Part shown: positions 21,268 to 32,332 of the stretch, one piece after another | How positions within the stretch are numbered: the first letter of the stretch is position 1 | Layout of the letters: each line of letters opens with the position of its first letter | Assembly (NCBI GenBank): GCA_963708025.1 | Contig: CAVPSB010000012.1 | Location: 192,001 to 256,000 of the forward strand | Direction: 5' to 3' | Length of the DNA: 64,000 bases | DNA from: an uncultured Candidatus Rokubacteria bacterium | GTDB taxonomy: Bacteria; Methylomirabilota; Methylomirabilia; Rokubacteriales; DASRDR01 | The notes under the pieces: generated by a model | Database searches by the model: none | What the model was told of the DNA's origin: nothing | The model's input: the letters and a program-made list of their open reading frames with translations, nothing else | Translations under genes and position numbers: made by a program

Positions 21268-22325
21268 TCAGGCGCGCCGTATGCGGATCCGGTAGTCGTT
21301 GAGGAGCAGCGCCGCCAGCATGGTCAGGAGGGTCACGCCCTGCATGACCTCCACGAGGTACGTCGGCACCCCAGTAGCCCGGCTCATGGTCTGGGCTCCG
21401 TTGTTGACGACGCCGAAGAAGAACGCAGCCAGGACCACGCCTACCGGGTGGAGACCGCCCAGCATGGCGACGACGATCCCGGAGTAGCCGTAGCCGGGCG
21501 AGAGGCCCTCCATCAGGTGGAACTGGATGCCCGCCAGCTCCCCGGCGCCCGCGAGCCCCGCCAGGCCGCCGGACAGGAGCGCGGCCAGCGCCACGACCCG
21601 CCTGGTGCGGATCCCCCCGAACTCCGCCGCCCGCGGGTTGGCGCCGGTGGCCCGGATCGCGTAGCCGAGCGGGGTCCGGCTGAGGAGGAGCCAGACCAGC
21701 GCCGCGCAGAGGAAGGCCAGCGGGATGCCGAGGTGGACCCGCGAGCGCTCCAGGAGGATCGGGAGTTGGGCCGCCTCCGCGATGTCGGGCGACTGGGGCC
21801 ACTGGCTGACCGGGTCCCGCCAGGGGCCGTCCACGAGCGCCGAGACGAGGTAGAGCATCACGTAGTTCAGGAGGAGCGTCGTCACGACGTCGTCGACGCG
21901 GAATCGGGCCTTGAGGAGCCCCGGCACCAGGGCCCAGAGGCCTCCGGCCACGGCGCTGGCGATGAGCAGCGCGGGGAGCAGGAGCCCGGGCGCGGTGTCC
22001 GGGAAGCCGAGCGCGAGCCAGGTGGCGGCGACGGCCCCGGCGTAGAGCTGCCCCTCGGCGCCGATGTTCCAGAAGCGGGCGCGAAAGGCCACCGCCACCG
22101 CCAGGCCGGTGAGGATCAGCGGCGCGGTCTTGACGAGCGTCTCGAGAATCGCGAAGCGGCTCCCCAGGGCGCCGGCGAAGAGCGCCGCGTAGGCGGTGGC
22201 CAGGTCGGCTCCCGCCCACACGACGAGCACCGCGCAGAGCGCGAGCGCGGCCGCGACGGCGAGAACCGGGAGCAGGGCCTGCTGCCAGCGGGGGAGGGGG
22301 TGGCGCCGCTCGAAGCGGAGGCCGA

Positions 22326-22329
<4 letters not shown>
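21268..22329 (-). CDS. Nucleoside/simple-sugar ABC transporter permease
   Basis: WNIGAEGQ, GANPRAAEFGGI, GYGYSGIVVAMLG. Confidence 0.92.
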
Positions 22330-23867
<1,538 letters not shown>

Positions 23868-23886
23868 GCGGGACGTCCGGGCGGTT

Positions 23887-23930
23887 CCCTCTCCCTCCCG
23901 GCCTCGGGGAGGGAGAGGGCCGGGGTGAGG
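23887..23930. repeat. REP-like hairpin (CCCTCTCCC...GGGAGAGGG...GGGGTGAGG type)
   Basis: Inverted repeat between the SBP and ATPase genes. Confidence 0.6.
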
Positions 23931-23937
23931 GAGGGGG

Positions 23938-25005
23938 TCAATCGGAGCTGGGCTTGCTCTCGTCCACCGGCGCGCGGAACAGGCCGCTGATGATCTCGGC
24001 CTCCCGCTTCTTCACGAGCTCGACCACGTCCTTGGGGAGCTTCGTCTCCCAGGCGCGCAGCGGGGCCAGCCGGGCGCCGCCCTTCTGCATCATGGTCCAC
24101 TCGGCGTAGTCCATCGCCACGAAGCTGCCCCGGCGGACCGACTCCACGGCGAACTTGACGAGCGGGTACATGTCCCACACCGGGCTGGTGATGACGGTGT
24201 CGGGGGCGAGGGACTGCTGGTCGAGGAGGTTCCCGAACGCCAGCTTTCCGCGCTCCTTGGCGGCGTCGATCACCCCGTAGCGCTCGGCGTAGAGGAGATC
24301 GGCGCCCGCCTCGATCTGGGCCAGGGCCGCTTCCTTGGCCTTCGGCGGGTCGAACCAGCTCCCGATGAACGCCACCTTCACCTTGACGCCCGGGTTGACC
24401 TCGCGGGCGCCCTCCCGGAAGGCGTTGATCAGGCGGTTGACCTCGGGCACCGGGTGGCCGCCCACGACCCCGAGCACGTTGGACTTGGTGAGCTTGCCCG
24501 CGATCATGCCACAGAGGTAGGCGGGCTCGTGGATCCAGTCGTCGAACACCCCGAAGTTCGGCTGGGCGGCGCCGAGCCCGGAGCCGAAGAGGAACTTGAT
24601 CTTGGGGTAGGCCTTCGCCACGCGCCGGGCCGCCTGCTCCTGGCCGAAGGCGTCGCCCATCACGAGGTCGTAGCCCTTCTCGGCGTACTCCCGGACGACG
24701 CGCTCGAAGTCGGCGCCCGCGACCTTCTCCGTCCACTCGTACTGGATTCCCAGGTCCTTCTGGGCGCGCAGGAGCGCCTGGTGGATCGCGCCGTCCCACG
24801 GCTCCTCGATGGGGGTCTGGAAGATCGAGACCACGCGGAGCTTCTTGGCCGGCGCGGCGGCCGGCTTGGCCGGCTCGGGCTTCTTCGGCTGCGCGGGTGC
24901 CGGCTGCGCCTGCGCCCAGGCCGGCGAGGCGTGGACGCCCCCCAGGCCGACCGCGAGTAGGGCCGCAAGGAGCGCTCTCCGGGTGACGATGGCTGACCGT
25001 CTCAT
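23938..25005 (-). CDS. BMP-family ABC substrate-binding protein (nucleoside/nucleobase type)
   Basis: TPIEEPWDG, HEPAYLCGMIAG, FIGSWFDPPKAKEAA; RR signal and AGGAGG SD. Confidence 0.9.
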   Translation of the reverse strand: MRRSAIVTRRALLAALLAVGLGGVHASPAWAQAQPAPAQPKKPEPAKPAAAPAKKLRVVSIFQTPIEEPWDGAIHQALLRAQKDLGIQYEWTEKVAGADFERVVREYAEKGYDLVMGDAFGQEQAARRVAKAYPKIKFLFGSGLGAAQPNFGVFDDWIHEPAYLCGMIAGKLTKSNVLGVVGGHPVPEVNRLINAFREGAREVNPGVKVKVAFIGSWFDPPKAKEAALAQIEAGADLLYAERYGVIDAAKERGKLAFGNLLDQQSLAPDTVITSPVWDMYPLVKFAVESVRRGSFVAMDYAEWTMMQKGGARLAPLRAWETKLPKDVVELVKKREAEIISGLFRAPVDESKPSSD

Positions 25006-25074
25006 GGCCGCACCTCCTGGTCGTGACGGGAATCCGCTGGGGCCTCGATCGTCGGGGACCGCTCGGTCGGCGCG

Positions 25075-25103
25075 ATTATAGGGCGGGGACGGGGTCCGGA
25101 CAA
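25075..25103 (-). promoter_or_regulatory. sigma70 promoter of the BMP operon
   Basis: TTGTCC-17 nt-TATAAT on the minus strand. Confidence 0.65.
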
Positions 25104-25263
25104 GCGCCAGCGGTCGCGGGTGAAGAGGACGACGACGGTCTTCATGGCCGCCTCCGTTCAGGCTATCATTTCTCGACGTGGCGAGCCCTTTGGACGTTCT
25201 CCATCGCTCACGGTGGCTGCCGGCCGGCCTCCGCGAGGCCGTCGGACTCCGGGAGACCGGCTC

Positions 25264-26736
25264 GTGATCGACGCGTCGAGCCCGGAGCGGGCCGCCGTCA
25301 ACCGGGCTGAGGCCGCGTGCCGCGCGGCGCGGCGGGCTCAGCTGGCGTGGGCCGCCCGCGATCTCGCCGAGCGGGGTCGGGTGCTGACACGGGCGGGGCA
25401 CCTCCTCGTCGAGGGGACCGAGGCGCTCCCCGCGATCCTGGGCGAGCGCTCCGGCCGGCCGGCGGTCGAGCTGTGGAGCGGCGAGATCCTCCCGACGCTC
25501 GACGCCCTGCGGTGGCTCGTCCGGGACGGCGTCCGCCAGCTGCGCCCGCGCGCTCTGCACCGATCCCGCCTCCAGTGGTACATCAGGGCGACCCGTCACG
25601 AGCTCATCTGGGAGCCGCACGGGGTCGTGGGCGTCGTCACCCCCGGGAACGCCCTCCTCTTCCTCGGGGTCACCCAGATCGCCGCCGCGCTGCTGGCGGG
25701 GAACGCCGTCGTCTGGAAGCCGTCTCCGGCCGGGACGGCCGTGGCGGAGGCGGCGACCGCGCTCTTCGCGAGGGCGGGGCTGCCCGCCGGGCTGCTCGAG
25801 GTCGTCCCCGGCGGGCCGGAGGCGGCGCGGGCGGTGATCGACGCCGGGGTCGACAAGCTCTTCTTCACGGGCGGCTCCGAGGCGGGCCGTGCCCTCTACG
25901 CGCGCCAGGCGGCGCGGGGTCGCCCGGCCGTGCTCGAGCTGTCGGGACGTCACGCGGCGGTAGTGCTGGCGGGCGCCGACCTCGGGCTGACGGCGCGCGG
26001 CATCGCCTTCGGCAAGCTCGCGAACGGGGGCCGGCACTGCGTGTCGGTCCAGCTCGTCCTGGTCGAGCGGGCGGCCGCCGCCGGGTTCCTCGAGGCGATC
26101 CGGGCCGTCCTGAGCGCGCTCCGCGCCGACGCGACTGACCCCGTCAACCCCGGCGAGCGCGGTCGGCTGGATGCGCTGGTCGCCGATGCCGTCGCCCGTG
26201 GGGCGCGCCGGCTGGCGGGCGACGATGGGGGCGTCACGCTGCTCGTGGACGTCGCCCCCGGCATGCGGGTCGTCGACGAGGAAGTGCGCGGGCCGATCCT
26301 GGCCGTGGCCACGGTCGCCTCCGCCGACGAGGCGGTGGCCTGGGTCAACGGCTCCCCCTACCGCCTGTCGGCGAGCGTGTGGGCGGCGCATTCCGCCAGC
26401 GCGCGCCGGGTCGCCGCGCGGCTCGACGTCGGCCAGGTGTGGATCAACGACGCCCTGCACCCGACCGGTCAGCCCGCGGTGACGCTGGCCGGCCGCGGGG
26501 CCAGCGGCTTCGGCGCGAGCCGGGGCCTCGCCGGTCTCCTGGAGATGGTGCAGCCCAAGGTGGTGTCGGAGACGCCGCTCCGCGCTCCGCGCCGGCACTA
26601 CCTGCCGGCGCCGGCCGGCACGGCCGACCTCTTCCGCGCGACCGCGCGACTGGCCGAGGGCGGGCTCCGCGGCCGGGGTCCCGCCGTGCTGGCGCTCCTC
26701 CGCGCCCTGGCCCGCCTCGCCCGAGGCCGCAGATGA
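25264..26736 (+). CDS. Aldehyde dehydrogenase, possibly a carotenoid aldehyde dehydrogenase (AldH-like)
   Basis: EPHGVVGVVTP, GNAVVWKPS, FTGG, ELSG, NGGRHC; carotenoid gene context. Confidence 0.8.
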   Translation: MIDASSPERAAVNRAEAACRAARRAQLAWAARDLAERGRVLTRAGHLLVEGTEALPAILGERSGRPAVELWSGEILPTLDALRWLVRDGVRQLRPRALHRSRLQWYIRATRHELIWEPHGVVGVVTPGNALLFLGVTQIAAALLAGNAVVWKPSPAGTAVAEAATALFARAGLPAGLLEVVPGGPEAARAVIDAGVDKLFFTGGSEAGRALYARQAARGRPAVLELSGRHAAVVLAGADLGLTARGIAFGKLANGGRHCVSVQLVLVERAAAAGFLEAIRAVLSALRADATDPVNPGERGRLDALVADAVARGARRLAGDDGGVTLLVDVAPGMRVVDEEVRGPILAVATVASADEAVAWVNGSPYRLSASVWAAHSASARRVAARLDVGQVWINDALHPTGQPAVTLAGRGASGFGASRGLAGLLEMVQPKVVSETPLRAPRRHYLPAPAGTADLFRATARLAEGGLRGRGPAVLALLRALARLARGRR

Positions 26737-26798
26737 GACGCCCCACACATTCGGCGTCAATCCTCTTGTTCTACCGGTTGCGTGCCCCTTCGGAACGT

Positions 26799-26855
26799 CG
26801 GGTTGCCCCCCTCCCCCGGGGGGTGGGGAGGGGTCGCCACAGGCCGAAGGCCGTC
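26799..26855 (+). repeat. Intergenic repeat family 2, copy 1
   Basis: Shares CGGGTTGCCCCCC(C)TCCCC and GGAGGGGTCGCCACAGGCCGAAGGCCGTC with 57475-57554. Confidence 0.75.
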
Positions 26856-26933
26856 GGTTGGTCGGGGTGGGCCCGCCGCCGGAGGGGCGCGACGTCCCGC
26901 GGGCCGTAGGCCCGAGGCGTCGCGGCGAGACGA

Positions 26934-28349
26934 ATGAGCCGCATCGTCGTCGTGGGCGGCGGGCTCGCCGGGCTGTCGGCCGCGCTGGCGCTCTCGGCCC
27001 GGCGCCACGCGGTGACGATCCTCGAGGCCGGCGCCGAGGTGGGCGGCGATGCCCGCCGCGTGGAGGCGGCCGGGGCGCGCATCGACGTCGGGCCCACGGT
27101 CCTCGTCGATCTCGAGCCGCTGCGGGCGCTGTTCGGCGTGGCCGGCGTCCGGCTCGAGGACGCGCTGCCGCTCGCGCGGCTGGACCCGGGGCTCGTCGCG
27201 ACATTCGGTAGTGGCGGTAGTGGTGGTGGCAAGAGCGTGGCCCTTCACGCCGATCCAGCCCGGATGCTCGCCGACCTCGACCACGCCCTCGGCCGCCGGG
27301 CCGTGGCCGACTGGCAGCGGCTCCTGGATCTTGGCGCCCGGGCGGATCGGCTGGCCGCCCACTACTACGCACGCGGCGACGTGGCGGGTCTCCGCGAGCT
27401 CGCGGGCTTCGTGGCTGGCGGCGACGTCCGGCTGCGCGAGCTGTTGCCGTTCGCCCGCCACGGCTCGCTGGCCCGGCTGCTGAACGCCGAGGTGGCGACC
27501 CCGGAGCTGCGGGTCCTGATCGCCCACTTCGCGCGCTTCCTGGGACTCGACGCCCGGCAGGCGCCAGCGGTCACCCTCGTCATCCCGTATCTCCTCGCCA
27601 CCCGCGGGGTCGCCTACCCCATCGGCGGCGTCTCCGCGCTGGCGAAGGCCATCGTCCGGCTCGCCGCCAAGCACGGCGCGGCGCTGGAGACGGGCGAGCG
27701 GGTCGTCGCGCTCGACGTCGCGGGCGGCCGGCTCCGCGCGGTGCGCACGGCCTCCGGCCGGCGATTCGAGGCCGACGGCTGCGTGGCGGCGGTGGACGCC
27801 GGCATTACGGCGGGCTGGCTCCCGGCGACGCCGCTGGCGGCGCGGGTCACCCGACTCGTGCCGACGCTCGCGGCCCGCATCGCCTGGTGGGTGGTGGAGG
27901 GGCGATCGCCGCTCGCGGTCCACAACCGCTTCCACTTCGGTCCGGGCCACGCGGAGCCGCTCTACGTGGCGACGCCCACCGCCAGCGACCCCACCCTGGC
28001 GCCGCCTGGCACCAGCGTGATCTACGCGCTGCTCCACGGACCGCCCGGCGAGGCCGCCTCCGCGGCCTTCGGCGAGCGGCTCCGGGCGGCGGTCGTGGAG
28101 GCTGGCCAGTGGCCCGATGGCCCCGTGCTCGCCCACGGCGTGGCCGGCGGCAGCGAGTCCTGCTACGGCTACGCCATCGGGCCGGGTCTCTTCGCCAGCT
28201 TTCGCCTCGCCCAGCGGGTCGCCGGGATCCCCAACCTCGTCCTCGCCGGCGGTAGCGTCTTTCCCGGGCCCGGCGTGGCGAACGTGGTCCGCTCGGGGCT
28301 CCGCGCGGCGGCGCTCCTCGACGCGACGCTGACCGAGAGCCCGCGATGA
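26934..28349 (+). CDS. Phytoene desaturase-family FAD oxidoreductase (CrtN/CrtP-like)
   Basis: VVVGGGLAGLSAA, DVGPT, YPIGG, AGGSVFPGPGV. Confidence 0.8.
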   Translation: MSRIVVVGGGLAGLSAALALSARRHAVTILEAGAEVGGDARRVEAAGARIDVGPTVLVDLEPLRALFGVAGVRLEDALPLARLDPGLVATFGSGGSGGGKSVALHADPARMLADLDHALGRRAVADWQRLLDLGARADRLAAHYYARGDVAGLRELAGFVAGGDVRLRELLPFARHGSLARLLNAEVATPELRVLIAHFARFLGLDARQAPAVTLVIPYLLATRGVAYPIGGVSALAKAIVRLAAKHGAALETGERVVALDVAGGRLRAVRTASGRRFEADGCVAAVDAGITAGWLPATPLAARVTRLVPTLAARIAWWVVEGRSPLAVHNRFHFGPGHAEPLYVATPTASDPTLAPPGTSVIYALLHGPPGEAASAAFGERLRAAVVEAGQWPDGPVLAHGVAGGSESCYGYAIGPGLFASFRLAQRVAGIPNLVLAGGSVFPGPGVANVVRSGLRAAALLDATLTESPR

Positions 28350-29140
28350 TCCCCGCGCGGCGGTCGGCGCCGATCCTCCGATTCTTCGACCGCTACGTCC
28401 GGCGCTACATCGCGCGCCGGTTCCACCGCTGCCAGCTCTGGGGCGACGAGGCCACGCTCCAGTTCCCGCGCGAGCGGCCGCTCCTGTTCGTGATGAGCCA
28501 CGCCTCCTGGTGGGACGTGCTGGTGGCCCACCACCTGGCACGGGAGGTCGTGCGGGTCAACAGCTACGCGCCGATGGACGAGCCCCAGCTCCGCCGGTAC
28601 CGCATCCTGACGCGCATCGGCCTCTACTCGGTGGATCGCGGATCCACCGCGGGCATGCGCGCCTTCCTCCAGTACACGACCCGCCTCCTCGAGCCGGGCC
28701 GGGCGGTGTGGATCACGCCGCAGGGCGAGATCGCCTCGAGCTGGCGCCGGCCGGTCCGCTTCCAGCCGGGCGTCGGCCACCTGGTGCGCCGGGTACCCCG
28801 GCTGGCCGTGGTGCCGGTGGCGATCGCCTACGAGTTCCTGGAGGAGCCACGCCCGGAGATCTTCGTCCGCTTCGGTCCGGCGCGCGTGTTCGAGGACATC
28901 AGGGAGACGGCCGCGGCGATCACCGGCGTGCTGGAGAAGGACCTCGAGCGGGAGCTGGACGCGCTCCAGACGGCGATCGCGGAGCGGCGGCTGGACGGCT
29001 TCCGGGTGCTGATCGCCGGCGCCACCTCCGCGAGCCTGGTCTACGACCGGGTCCGCGCGATCCGCGCCTGGGCGACCGGGCGTGCGGATCCTCGGCGGCA
29101 CGGCGACGTCGTGTCGGACCCGCGGCGGGGCCGCCCGTGA
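28346..29140 (+). CDS. Lysophospholipid acyltransferase family (carotenoid glycoside acyltransferase, CruD-like)
   Basis: SHASWWD (HX4D), WITPQG, YEFLEE motifs. Confidence 0.8.
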   Translation: MIPARRSAPILRFFDRYVRRYIARRFHRCQLWGDEATLQFPRERPLLFVMSHASWWDVLVAHHLAREVVRVNSYAPMDEPQLRRYRILTRIGLYSVDRGSTAGMRAFLQYTTRLLEPGRAVWITPQGEIASSWRRPVRFQPGVGHLVRRVPRLAVVPVAIAYEFLEEPRPEIFVRFGPARVFEDIRETAAAITGVLEKDLERELDALQTAIAERRLDGFRVLIAGATSASLVYDRVRAIRAWATGRADPRRHGDVVSDPRRGRP

Positions 29141-30280
29141 CCGTCCTCGCGCTCGCGGTCGTGCTCGGGCTGGCCGGCGTCACCGTGCTGGTGGCGGCGA
29201 ATCTTCGGATCTTCCGCCCGGCGCCGCCGGCGCTCCCCGATCCGCCGCCGGTGTCGATCCTGATCCCGGCCCGCGACGAGGCGGCCGGGATCGAGGCGGC
29301 CGCGCGCGCGGCGTGCGCGCAGACCGCGCCGGCGGTCGAGGTCGTGGTGCTGGACGACGGCTCCACCGACGGGACCGCGGAGATCCTGGCCCGCCTGGCG
29401 GCCGAGCTGCCCCGGCTCCGCGTCGTGACCGGCGCGGAACTCCCGCCCGGGTGGGCGGGGAAGGCCTGGGCCTGCTGGCAGCTCGCCTCCCGGCACGCCC
29501 GTCACGACTGGCTCCTCTTCATCGACGCCGACGTCCGGCTCGCCCACGATGCGGCGGCCCGCGCGCTGGCGGCGGCCCGGGCCCAGGACGCGGTCTTCGT
29601 CTCCGCGTTCCCCCGCCAGGAGACGAAGAGCGCGGGCGAGGCGCTGCTCGTCCCACTCGTCTACCTGGTGCTCCTCGCGTACCTGCCGATGGCGCTGATC
29701 CGCCGCCTCCCGATGCCGAGCCTCTCGGCGGCCTGCGGCCAGTTCATGCTGGTCCAGCGCGCCGCCTACCTGGCGGCCGGCGGTCACCAGGCGGTGCCGG
29801 CGACCCTCCACGACGGCCTGAAGCTCGCGCGGCGGATGAAGGCCGCCGGCTTCCCGGTCGGGCTCTTCGACGGCGGCGACATCGCGACGTGCCGCATGTA
29901 CGCCGGCTTCCGCGCGACCTGGCGCGGCTTCGCGCGCAACGCCTACGAGGCCCTCGGCTCCCCGGCCGCGCTCGCGACGATGGTGGTGCTCAACGGTGCC
30001 TTCTTCGTGCTACCCTTCGTCGCGCTACCGGTCGCGATCCTGACCGGCGCCGGCGTCGTGGCCACCGCGAGCTGGGGAATGGCGGCGGCGCTGGCCCTCG
30101 GGATCCGCGCCGCGCTGACGGTTCGCTTCGGGATCCCGGCGTGGACGGTCCTCGCCACCCCGGTGGCGGTCGCGTTCGATGATCGGCATTCAGCTCCACT
30201 CATTCGTGAGACACGCCACCGGACGGCCGGTGGTCTGGCGCGCGCGGGCCTATTCGAGCGCCGTCCGAGGAAAGGGTTAG
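29137..30280 (+). CDS. GT2 glycosyltransferase (carotenoid glycosyltransferase CrtQ/CruC-like), frameshift near 30175
   Basis: VSILIPARDE, DDGSTD, GWAGKAWAC, FIDADV, ACGQ, CRMY; the shifted frame ends VVWRARAY. Confidence 0.85.
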
Positions 30281-30284
30281 TTTC

Positions 30285-31820
30285 ATGTCACGGACGATCG
30301 TCGTGGGAGCCGGGCTGGGCGGCCTGTCGGCCGCGATCCGCCTGGCGGCGGCAGGGTGGCAGGTCTCGGTGTACGAGAAGAACGGCCAGCCGGGCGGGCG
30401 CATGAGCACCGTGTCGGCGGGCGGCTACACCTGGGACGTCGGCCCGACCCTCATCATGATGCCCGAGGTGCTGCGCGAGCTGTTCGAGGCCGCCGGCCGG
30501 CGGCTCGAGGACTACGTCGAGCTGCGGCCCGTGGACCCGTACTACCGGGTGGCCTTCGAGGAGGGCGGGCACCTCGACTTCTCGGGGCACCTGCCCACCA
30601 TGCTGGCGAACCTGGAGGCGCTCGAGCCGGGCGCGGGCGCCGGGTACCTGCGCTTCCTGGCCCAGGCCGAGCGCCTCTCGCGCGTGACGCGGACCTCCAT
30701 CATCGGGCGCGCCTACGACGGCCTGCGCGACCTGAGGCGCCTGAACGTCCTCGCGTCGCTCCTGCGCGCCCGGCCGTTCGGCAGCGTGGCCTCGACGGTG
30801 GCCGCCCACTTCACGCGGCCGGAGCTGCGGCGCGCCTTCTCGTTCCAGACGCTCTACCTGGGGACGCGGCCGGAGGAGACCCCGGCCGCCTACGTCATGA
30901 TTCCCTTCGTCGAGGCCACGCTCGGCGTCTGGTATCCCCGGGGTGGCGTGCATCGCATCGCCCTGGCGATGGCGCGCCTGGCCCGGGAGCTGGGGGTCGA
31001 GCTCCACCTGGACACGCCGGTGGCGGAGATCCTCACCGAGGGACGCCGGGCGGTCGGGGTCCGCCTGGCGCGCGGCGAGGTCGAGCGGGCCGAGGTGGTC
31101 GTCTCCAACGCCGAGTGGGGCTACACCCAGCAGCACCTCCTGGCCGGCGGCGAGCGGGTGAACGGCCGGCGTTACGGCTGCTCGGGGGTCCTCTTCCTGC
31201 TGGCCGTCCGCGGTCCCGTCGAGGGGCCGCATCACACGTTCATCCTCTCGGGCGACTTCGACGGCAACCTGGCCGACATCTTCCAGCACCGCCGGCTCCC
31301 GGCGGCGCCGTCGATCTACGTCTCGCGGGCGACGGCGAGCGATCCCGAGCTGACCGGGGACGGCGTGGAGCTGCTCTACGTCCTGGTGCCGTGCCCGACC
31401 CTCGAGAGCGAGGTGGACTGGGCCCGGGAGCTGCCGGGGTTCCGCAAGGTCGTCTTCGATCGGCTCACCCGGGTGGGCATCGACGGGCTCGACGGGCGCA
31501 TCGTCGCCGAGACGGTGCTGACCCCCGAGGACTTCGCGACGCGCTACAATCTCGTCAACGGCTCGGCGTTCGGGCTGGCCGCGACCCTCTTCCAGTCGGG
31601 GCCGTTTCGCCCGACCATCCGCTCGGCGCGTTACGCGAACCTCTTTCACGCGGGCGCCAGCTCGCATCCCGGGGGCGGCGTCCCGATCGTCATGCTCTCC
31701 GGCCGGCTGGTGGCCGAGGCGGTGGAGCGCGAGTTCGGCGCGGTCCGGGAGCGGGCGGCCGGCCGCGTCGCGGCCGGCGTGGCCAAGGCGGGGGCATGGT
31801 CCGGCGCCGCCTCGTCGTAG
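30285..31820 (+). CDS. crtI: Phytoene/diapophytoene desaturase (CrtI/CrtN family)
   Basis: GAGLGGLSAA, WDVGPT, FSFQTLYLG, GVWYPRGG, GSAFG, HPGGGVPIVMLSG. Confidence 0.88.
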   Translation: MSRTIVVGAGLGGLSAAIRLAAAGWQVSVYEKNGQPGGRMSTVSAGGYTWDVGPTLIMMPEVLRELFEAAGRRLEDYVELRPVDPYYRVAFEEGGHLDFSGHLPTMLANLEALEPGAGAGYLRFLAQAERLSRVTRTSIIGRAYDGLRDLRRLNVLASLLRARPFGSVASTVAAHFTRPELRRAFSFQTLYLGTRPEETPAAYVMIPFVEATLGVWYPRGGVHRIALAMARLARELGVELHLDTPVAEILTEGRRAVGVRLARGEVERAEVVVSNAEWGYTQQHLLAGGERVNGRRYGCSGVLFLLAVRGPVEGPHHTFILSGDFDGNLADIFQHRRLPAAPSIYVSRATASDPELTGDGVELLYVLVPCPTLESEVDWARELPGFRKVVFDRLTRVGIDGLDGRIVAETVLTPEDFATRYNLVNGSAFGLAATLFQSGPFRPTIRSARYANLFHAGASSHPGGGVPIVMLSGRLVAEAVEREFGAVRERAAGRVAAGVAKAGAWSGAASS

Positions 31821-32332
31821 GCCTCGCGCTGGCGCTCGCGATGACGGGGGTGGCCGGGGCGCGCCCGTCGGTCCTCCCGAGCCTGGTCCTCGAGGACCAG
31901 GAGGAGCGGAAGCTCGACCTCGACGGGCTGCGCGGCCGCACCGTGGTCGTGGTCTACGGCGGGCGCGCCGGCGTCGAGCACCACGTGGCGTGGGGCAAGC
32001 GGCTCGACGTGAGCCTGCGCGCGCGGGGCGTTTACCGGGCCGAGGATCCCCCGCGGAGCCGGCCGGTCGAGATCCTGGCCGTCGCCCAGATGGGGAACGC
32101 GCCGAAGCCGGTCCGGGGGATGGTGCGGGCGCTGCTGCGCCAGAAGGTGGAGGCCGGCTACTCCTTGTGGCTCGACTGGGAAGGCGCGATGAGCCGGCTC
32201 TTCGGCGACAACGATCCGGCGTCCACCGTCGTGGTCGCGGACCGCGAGGGGGTCGTGCAGCTCGTCGTGGCCGGCCTCCCCGACGGCCAGCCCTGGGAGG
32301 CGGTCACCGCGGTTCTCGCCCGGCTGCATTGA
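31796..32332 (+). CDS. Exported thioredoxin-like fold protein without CxxC (YtfJ/ATP10-like)
   Basis: Signal peptide, LEDQ..LRGRTVVVVY, WLDWEG, VVVADREG. Confidence 0.55.
   Translation: MVRRRLVVGLALALAMTGVAGARPSVLPSLVLEDQEERKLDLDGLRGRTVVVVYGGRAGVEHHVAWGKRLDVSLRARGVYRAEDPPRSRPVEILAVAQMGNAPKPVRGMVRALLRQKVEAGYSLWLDWEGAMSRLFGDNDPASTVVVADREGVVQLVVAGLPDGQPWEAVTAVLARLH

Noticed and set aside
27205-27232. GGT/AGT-rich Gly-Ser insert in the desaturase
   Set aside because: Short in-frame low-complexity loop with no evidence of function
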